Source: a virus (Duplodnaviria > Heunggongvirae > Uroviricota > Caudoviricetes). From it: a stretch of DNA of 17,498 nucleotides. Each line of letters opens with the position of its first letter. Position 1 is the first letter of the stretch. The notes beneath the pieces were generated by a model. It saw only the letters and a program-made list of their open reading frames with translations, did no database searches and was not told the DNA's origin. The DNA is taken from IMG/VR virus record IMGVR_UViG_3300021440_000001; one strand, 5' to 3'. Made by a program: the position numbers and the translations under genes. Shown here in pieces: positions 8,458 to 12,618 of the stretch.

Positions 8458-8522
8458 ATCATTTAGCTCTACCTCCGAGCCCAAGGAGAAGGAGAAACAG
8501 CCAAGAGGTAGAGCTAAATGAT
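8458..8522. repeat. Perfect 18-bp inverted repeat with 29-nt spacer
   Basis: ATCATTTAGCTCTACCTC (8458-8475) / GAGGTAGAGCTAAATGAT (8505-8522). Confidence 0.9.
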
Positions 8523-8524
8523 TA

Positions 8525-8560
8525 TGGTCTGGATGGGTGGGCTCGAACCATCAACACTTG
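8525..8560 (-). pseudogene. tRNA 3'-half remnant (T-arm, acceptor 3' strand, CCA)
   Basis: GATGG-TTCGAGC-CCACC-CATCCAG-A-CCA; no matching 5' half between it and tRNA-Val. Confidence 0.65.
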
Positions 8561-8577
8561 CGTGTTTTTGCCAATAC

Positions 8578-8653
8578 TGGTGGATTCTACAGGGCTCGAA
8601 CCTGTGACCTACGCCTTGTAAGGGCGCCGCTCTACCAACTGAGCTAAGAATCC
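8578..8653 (-). tRNA. tRNA-Val(UAC)
   Basis: 76-nt cloverleaf; GCGCC-CT-TAC-AA-GGCGT; encoded CCA. Confidence 0.95.
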
Positions 8654-8657
8654 GTAT

Positions 8658-8696
8658 TGGTTGCGTGAGGTGGGATTTGAACCCACGACCGTCAGC
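8658..8696 (-). pseudogene. tRNA 3' half (positions ~39-76), Met-like, right after the nuclease stop codon
   Basis: GCTGA-CGGTC-GTGGG-TTCAAAT-CCCAC-CTC(A)CGCA-A-CCA; the preceding TAA stop sits where loop positions 36-38 would be. Confidence 0.8.
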
Positions 8697-9107
8697 TTAA
8701 ATCAGGTTAAATACTTTGTATTCGTCAGCAAACTTGATCCCTGTTCGTTGACCATTAGCCGGTTCGGATATCCTCAACGTAACTGTTTGGCTACCTTCCA
8801 TCGGCAAGTAATAGTAAGACTTCGTAGTCGGACAATATACTGCAATACCGTCTACGTCGTCCCTAGAAAGAGGAACCTGAGCAATCTTCCCTGATGAAAT
8901 AATTGCTCTGCGGAGCTGAAAAGAAATCCTGCCATTTACGACTTCTCTAGACTTAACTTGAAGTCTAGAGAACTTCCCGCAGCGATAAGCTACGACATCG
9001 AAAGGAGATACTGCGGATACTGGCATCATTACTTCATAGCCCTGACAAAGCAAGTCAGCAGTAACCATTGCAACGCCGATGTCCCCTTTTGTGGTGGTAT
9101 GATGCAC
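8697..9107 (-). CDS. PD-(D/E)XK endonuclease, PDDEXK_5 / I-Ssp6803I-like family
   Basis: HH.T.KGDIGV...DL...GY.V..P....PFD.V.Y..G.F.R.QVK motif; VDGIAVYCP.T...YYLP; strong GAGGAGG SD before GTG. Confidence 0.8.
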   Translation of the reverse strand: MHHTTTKGDIGVAMVTADLLCQGYEVMMPVSAVSPFDVVAYRCGKFSRLQVKSREVVNGRISFQLRRAIISSGKIAQVPLSRDDVDGIAVYCPTTKSYYYLPMEGSQTVTLRISEPANGQRTGIKFADEYKVFNLI

Positions 9108-9138
9108 CTGTAACCTCCTCTGAATTGCCCTTGTATAA

Positions 9139-9168
9139 CGCTGTTCTACCGGACTGAACTACTCCGCA
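9139..9168 (-). pseudogene. tRNA 5' half (acceptor 5' strand and D-arm)
   Basis: TGCGGAG-TA-GTTC-AGTCCGGTA-GAAC-A-GCG, then breaks into the nuclease leader. TGCGGAG pairs with CTC(A)CGCA of the 3' half with one bulge. Confidence 0.75.
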
Positions 9169-9175
9169 TCAATTC

Positions 9176-9252
9176 TGGTGCCCACCGCTAGAATCGAACT
9201 AGCGACCTATCGCTTATAAGCGATTGCTCTCTCCAGACTGAGCTAGGCGGGC
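9176..9252 (-). tRNA. tRNA-like gene (Ile/Met-type body) with a 6-nt anticodon loop; anticodon not assignable
   Basis: Intact acceptor (GCCCGCC/GGTGGGC, A73, CCA), D and T arms; anticodon arm ATCGC-TTATAA-GCGAT. Confidence 0.75.
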
Positions 9253-9300
9253 ATGACATGGCTTTGTACTCAGTTTTAATTCTTGTATTCTTCGCTCAGA

Positions 9301-9329
9301 AGAATACTCGCACTGATACTGTATGTCAG
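9301..9329 (-). promoter_or_regulatory. sigma70-like promoter upstream of the 6-nt-loop tRNA
   Basis: CTGACA-17 nt-TATTCT. Confidence 0.55.
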
Positions 9330-9475
9330 TGGTTACACTGAAAAGTGCAAACCAGCGTATGTCAAGTCGTAGAAATGTTGTGGACTTACGACATAGTGGT
9401 TTGCAGTATTATTGCACTAACGGAACGGAGTGGAAAGGGTCACTTTCTTGACTCCACTTGTTAATCAACAATGCT

Positions 9476-9552
9476 TGGCGCCCCGTAGCGGACTCGAACC
9501 GCTGACCTTCCCCGCGAAGGGGGGTTGCTCTAGCCAACTGAGCTAACAGGGC
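9476..9552 (-). tRNA. tRNA-like gene (Arg-type body) with aberrant anticodon loop CCUUCGC (nominal UUC)
   Basis: GCCCTGT/ACGGGGC, G73, CCA, canonical D and T arms; anticodon arm ACCCC-CCTTCGC-GGGGA lacks U33. Confidence 0.7.
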
Positions 9553-9559
9553 AGAATGT

Positions 9560-9653
9560 TGGCGGAGAAGGTGAGACTCGAACTCACACACCCCTTTTCA
9601 GGGTCTTCGGCTTTCAAGGCCGTTGCCGCTAGGCCAGCTCGGCTAACTTCCCC
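9560..9653 (-). tRNA. tRNA-Ser(UGA)
   Basis: CGGC-CT-TGA-AA-GCCG; long variable arm; G73; CCA; acceptor GGGGAAG/CTTCTCC. Confidence 0.92.
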
Positions 9654-9662
9654 ATTGACAGT

Positions 9663-9691
9663 AGTTTACTACCTTATGGCCTGACTGTCAA
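9663..9691 (-). promoter_or_regulatory. sigma70 promoter for tRNA-Ser
   Basis: TTGACA-17 nt-TAAACT, 10 nt upstream of tRNA G1. Confidence 0.75.
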
Positions 9692-9777
9692 GGCCGCAAA
9701 TCCTCAGTAGTTTTGGAGCTAGTCCCGACCCAGGACTTCGCCATCTTTCTCGTAAAGAGTGGTCATCGAAAATTCTT

Positions 9778-9851
9778 TGGAGCAGATTGCGGGGATCGAA
9801 CCCGCCTCATTAGCTTGGAAGGCTAAGGCCCAACCACTAGACCAAACCTGC
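9778..9851 (-). tRNA. tRNA-Gly(UCC)
   Basis: 74 nt; TTAGC-CT-TCC-AA-GCTAA; U73; CCA. Confidence 0.95.
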
Positions 9852-9859
9852 ATAACACT

Positions 9860-9936
9860 TGGTGCGCGAGGTGGGAGTCGAACCCACAGAACCCGGCTTC
9901 TTAGGCCGGTACGTATGCCAATTCCGTCACTCGCGC
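9860..9936 (-). tRNA. tRNA-Leu(AAG), short variable loop
   Basis: 77 nt; CCGGC-CT-AAG-AA-GCCGG; Leu-type D-arm (ACG-GAATTGGCATA-CGT); A73; 5-nt variable region; CCA. Confidence 0.88.
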
Positions 9937-9944
9937 ATAATATT

Positions 9945-10018
9945 TGGTGCCCCGCGACTGGATCGAACAGTCGATGCTGGGTTACAAAGCCAACGTTATA
10001 CCACTTAACTAGCAGGGC
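9945..10018 (-). tRNA. tRNA-Thr(UGU)
   Basis: 74 nt; TTGGC-TT-TGT-AA-CCCAG (C31.C39 mismatch); CCA. Confidence 0.85.
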
Positions 10019-10419
10019 TACGTGCCAAGACGTTCGTAACGCTGTTTGCGCTCGACCGGGCAGTATGTTCTATTTGCTCTCTTCCAAGCTCGTGCTGTTT
10101 CCAGGTGAGCTTGCTTCGCCTCTTCCCTGCTGTCGTACTTCCGATTACCCTTCGCGTCAGCAAAGTTGCAGGATTGATGACTGTATCCGATGTTCCCTAT
10201 GTCGAAAAATTTTCCAACAGGGTTGTCGCTATCTAACCACGGCTCAACGTGCTCGATTGAGAAATCTTCTCGCGTCATCGGCTTGCCACACTTGCAACAG
10301 TTTGACAAGCCTGCGTTGACGATGAAGTTCCACAAAAGGTCTTTCACAAGCCTGTGGCTCGCTGTACTGTGGTTCATGCCAAGCTGGTTAGACTTCTTTT
10401 CACTACTTGCTTTACTCAA
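10018..10419 (-). CDS. HNH endonuclease-like protein inside the tRNA array (~133 aa)
   Basis: CxxC...SIEH...N...SHQSCN (Zn-binding HNH). Start moved to TTG 10419 (GAGGG SD) because the ORF-track N-terminus runs through tRNA-Ala. Confidence 0.72.
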   Translation of the reverse strand: MSKASSEKKSNQLGMNHSTASHRLVKDLLWNFIVNAGLSNCCKCGKPMTREDFSIEHVEPWLDSDNPVGKFFDIGNIGYSHQSCNFADAKGNRKYDSREEAKQAHLETARAWKRANRTYCPVERKQRYERLGT

Positions 10420-10451
10420 GACTAGCCCTCGCTGTCGTTTGTATTTGTTGA

Positions 10452-10527
10452 TGGTGGACTGTGTGGGAATCGAACCCACCGATAACTGCTTGCAAAGCAG
10501 CCAAGAACCCCAGCTCAATCACAGCCC
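10452..10527 (-). tRNA. tRNA-Ala(UGC)
   Basis: GCTGC-TT-TGC-AA-GCAGT; G3.U70 and A73 identity elements; D-arm non-canonical. Confidence 0.85.
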
Positions 10528-10535
10528 ATTTCGTC

Positions 10536-10563
10536 ATTGTACATGACAGTGCTGATTTGTCAA
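10536..10563 (-). promoter_or_regulatory. sigma70 promoter for tRNA-Ala
   Basis: TTGACA-16 nt-TACAAT. Confidence 0.7.
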
Positions 10564-10576
10564 GTACATCATTGTT

Positions 10577-10663
10577 TGGTGGGCGCCATAGGGATCGAAC
10601 CTATCATGGCCCGTAGGCCGGCGGGGTTACAGCCCGCTCCCGCACCATTGCGGGGAGACGCCC
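10577..10663 (-). tRNA. tRNA-Tyr(GUA)
   Basis: 87 nt; GCGGG-CT-GTA-AC-CCCGC; variable arm GGCC-TACG-GGCC; CCA. Confidence 0.93.
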
Positions 10664-10682
10664 ATGTCTCTTACTTGTAGCT

Positions 10683-10710
10683 ATTCTACACGAGAATCGC
10701 TGTATGTCAA
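10683..10710 (-). promoter_or_regulatory. sigma70 promoter at the head of the tRNA array
   Basis: TTGACA-16 nt-TAGAAT. Confidence 0.7.
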
Positions 10711-10726
10711 TAGCTTCTGAAGAAAT

Positions 10727-11089
10727 TTATTCAACAGAACGAATTGTCGTGAAGTCCACCAGTGGGCGAGACTTCTGTTCCTCTACGGGAACTAGGTTGC
10801 TCTTTGGACCCTTCACCAGCTTGACCTCTGCAATGAGGCGCTGCATCTGGTCAGAGCTAAGTTCCTTTGCAACCGACACCTGAAATTCTAGCAGCTTCGT
10901 CGCTGCTGTCAACTTGATCTTTGGATCAGAGCTGTCTAGCATCGACACCAGTGCGTCGATAGCAGCCTTCGAGTGCTTCTTGATGTCTGTGTGCAGCTTC
11001 TTCAGGTCTACACTGTTCGTCAGGAAGCTCGGGGCTTCCTCTTGCATCACCACTACAACAGAGGTAGTGGAGCCGTCATGATTGCTCAT
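10727..11089 (-). CDS. Hypothetical helical protein, candidate terminase small subunit
   Basis: 120 aa from ATG 11089 (GGAGGT SD); helical A..AL..ML.S.D.KIKL.AA.KLL pattern; upstream of terL across the tRNA island. CDS is solid; the TerS assignment is inference. Confidence 0.5.
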   Translation of the reverse strand: MSNHDGSTTSVVVVMQEEAPSFLTNSVDLKKLHTDIKKHSKAAIDALVSMLDSSDPKIKLTAATKLLEFQVSVAKELSSDQMQRLIAEVKLVKGPKSNLVPVEEQKSRPLVDFTTIRSVE

Positions 11090-11116
11090 TGCTACCTCCA
11101 TTTTGGTCAGGAATGG

Positions 11117-11145
11117 ATTTTAACACGCCGCAGAGGTTCTGTCAA
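11117..11145 (-). promoter_or_regulatory. Strong sigma70 promoter for putative terS
   Basis: TTGACA-17 nt-TAAAAT with TGn extended -10; the -35 box contains the stop codon of the upstream ORF. Confidence 0.8.
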
Positions 11146-11372
11146 GAGCCGTGGGCCTCTCTAACGTCGTCCCTCTGGTGAAAGTCGACTAAAGCACACC
11201 CACACGACACGGTCGTGCCCTTCAGAAGGTGGGCTCCTCGCACCGTGGTCGATCCACCGCACGAACATCTGCACGCCCACATAGCCTGCCCGTGCCGGTC
11301 TTTACCGTCCCTGGCCACCACTGTCAGCCTCCCGAACACAAGTCCAACCATCTGAATCAAGGTTCTATCCAT
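11142..11372 (-). CDS. Stand-alone N-terminal Cys-rich module of HNH/AP2 endonucleases (76 aa)
   Basis: G..FGRLTV......W.C.C.CG....V....L..G.T.SCGC motif, ends ...AHGS*; GGGAGG SD. Confidence 0.72.
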   Translation of the reverse strand: MDRTLIQMVGLVFGRLTVVARDGKDRHGQAMWACRCSCGGSTTVRGAHLLKGTTVSCGCALVDFHQRDDVREAHGS

Positions 11373-11401
11373 CCGCCCTCCCGGTTCATTGCGCAGTCGT
11401 C

Positions 11402-11429
11402 ATTGTAGCCTATGCCTAGGCTCTGTCAA
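11402..11429 (-). promoter_or_regulatory. sigma70 promoter, leftward of the divergent pair
   Basis: TTGACA-16 nt-TACAAT. Confidence 0.7.
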
Positions 11430-11801
11430 GCCCTGTACAGGGCCAGCCCTGCACCCTACGGGTGAGAAGGGTGCAACTCTGCGAATAGCGCCTGTGGCGC
11501 CTTCCTTGCACAAACAGGCCGAAGGCCATAGAACGCTCTAGAAGCCCCTGGAACAGCCTCAGGCTACCCTGGCCTAGGCAAGGCTGTTTGGGAGCCTCCT
11601 AGGCCGTTCTAGAGCCTTCTAGGGCTATTGGCACCGATGGTGCTGGCTAGCCTAAGCATTGCCACAGTCTTTTGCACCAACCAGCGGCCTAGCCGCCCAA
11701 CGCCTGCACCGGAAGACGGACCCTGACGGGCCGGAATTCTCAACAATGAGAAATGGCCCTTCTAGGGCTTGACAAGAACGACTTCGTGCTGTACACTCTA
11801 G
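11416..11801. other. ORF-free GC-rich tract with 10 CTAG sites and nested inverted repeats
   Basis: CTAG at 11416, 11538, 11574, 11599, 11609, 11619, 11647, 11689, 11762, 11798; IRs aacagcct/aggctgtt, tagaacg/cgttcta, ctagaag/cttctag. Confidence 0.7.
11769..11797 (+). promoter_or_regulatory. sigma70 promoter, rightward of the divergent pair
   Basis: TTGACA-17 nt-TACACT. Confidence 0.72.
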
Positions 11802-11808
11802 TTATATG

Positions 11809-11945
11809 ACTAAGACAACTCCTAAGTAATACTATAGTAAATACTAAAGTATATAACTTAGACAATACTTAGTTATTTTTACTGAGAGGGTATTTAGTCA
11901 GGTAGTAAGGTGTTTACTTAGACAATAACTTAGACAATGACTTAG
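11809..11945 (+). repeat. AT-rich tract with iteron-like ACTTAGACAAT direct repeats
   Basis: Exact copies at 11856, 11916, 11928; partial ACTTAG at 11867 and 11940; variant ACTAAGACAAC at 11809. Confidence 0.8.
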
Positions 11946-11986
11946 GTATACCTCTTAATCATTAACTTTGAATGGAGGTATCATCT

Positions 11987-12121
11987 GTGCCCCGAAATCA
12001 TGACGAAGCCCCGGAGTGGGGAGACGACGATTACGTTGATCTTCACGCAGTAATCGAGCAACTGACACTTGACGACTACCTCGAAGAGGAGCCGGAAGAG
12101 ATTGTGAATGAAGAACAGTAA
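11987..12121 (+). CDS. Small highly acidic protein (44 aa)
   Basis: GGAGGT SD, GTG start, TAA at 12119-12121; MPRNHDEAPEWGDDDYVDLHAVIEQLTLDDYLEEEPEEIVNEEQ. Below the ORF-track cutoff. Confidence 0.72.
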   Translation: MPRNHDEAPEWGDDDYVDLHAVIEQLTLDDYLEEEPEEIVNEEQ

Positions 12122-12344
12122 AGCGATCCTGACTGGCAATATAGAATCGTTTGTTGTGCAAATCCTTGAGGCAGCAGACGAAGGCTGGGAACTCGACCCA
12201 TCAAATCCGCCAGCTATGTTGGGGTACAATTTCGAGTGCGTCATGCTCCGTGACAGCGACATCAAGGACGAAGTAAAGCTCACCCGTGCAGAGATTCTGG
12301 CTAACGCCAGAGCGGCAAAAGCCGCAAAGAGGGAGCAAGCATGA
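12108..12344 (+). CDS. Hypothetical phage protein (78 aa)
   Basis: Overlap-coupled to both neighbours; basic C-terminal helix RAEILANARAAKAAK. Confidence 0.75.
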   Translation: MKNSKAILTGNIESFVVQILEAADEGWELDPSNPPAMLGYNFECVMLRDSDIKDEVKLTRAEILANARAAKAAKREQA

Positions 12345-12541
12345 GTGCAGCCGTTGCAAAGTTAAAGCAACGCGTAGTTGATGCCGAACAGATGGCAGAG
12401 CACTACAGAAGTCTGTTAGAGACGTTCTTCACCGGGGATATCCCCGACAACGCAACATTCGACCACCTCATCCTTGCGAAGTGGGGGCGCAAGCGGCTGG
12501 AAGATCAAAAATCACAACCATCGTTGCTGAGAACCGATTGA
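12341..12541 (+). CDS. Hypothetical protein (66 aa)
   Basis: GGGAG SD; ATGA overlap with the upstream stop. Confidence 0.65.
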   Translation: MSAAVAKLKQRVVDAEQMAEHYRSLLETFFTGDIPDNATFDHLILAKWGRKRLEDQKSQPSLLRTD

Positions 12542-12566
12542 CTCTACCAAGTTCAAGGTGTATACT
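12538..12566 (+). promoter_or_regulatory. sigma70 promoter for phoH
   Basis: TTGACT-17 nt-TATACT. Confidence 0.72.
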
Positions 12567-12618
12567 CAGTTCAGGTCAAAGCCGTGTCGGCTTGAAATTA
12601 ACAGTATTGGAGGTGAAA

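Noticed and set aside
7741-8484. HNH as intron-encoded, or starting at 8484
   Set aside because: It lies upstream of terL exon 1, outside the intron; 8320-8484 is hairpin and terminator sequence, and the SD supports ATG 8319.
9560-9653. Stop-codon suppressor tRNA or recoded genetic code
   Set aside because: Anticodon UGA reads UCA (Ser); no CUA, UUA or UCA anticodon is present, and genes use TAA, TAG and TGA as normal stops.
9692-9777. Two-hairpin element ending in GCTCCA between tRNA-Gly and tRNA-Ser
   Set aside because: No acceptor-stem partner or T-loop consensus; cannot be supported as a tRNA or ncRNA.
10452-10527. tRNA-Cys(GCA)
   Set aside because: Stem register places UGC at 34-36, and G3.U70 with A73 indicates Ala.
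11809-11945. CRISPR array
   Set aside because: Repeats are 11 bp, irregularly spaced and lack unique spacers; no cas genes.
12481-12618. N-terminal extension of PhoH in the ORF track
   Set aside because: Overlaps the upstream gene and the phoH promoter; the SD supports TTG 12619.
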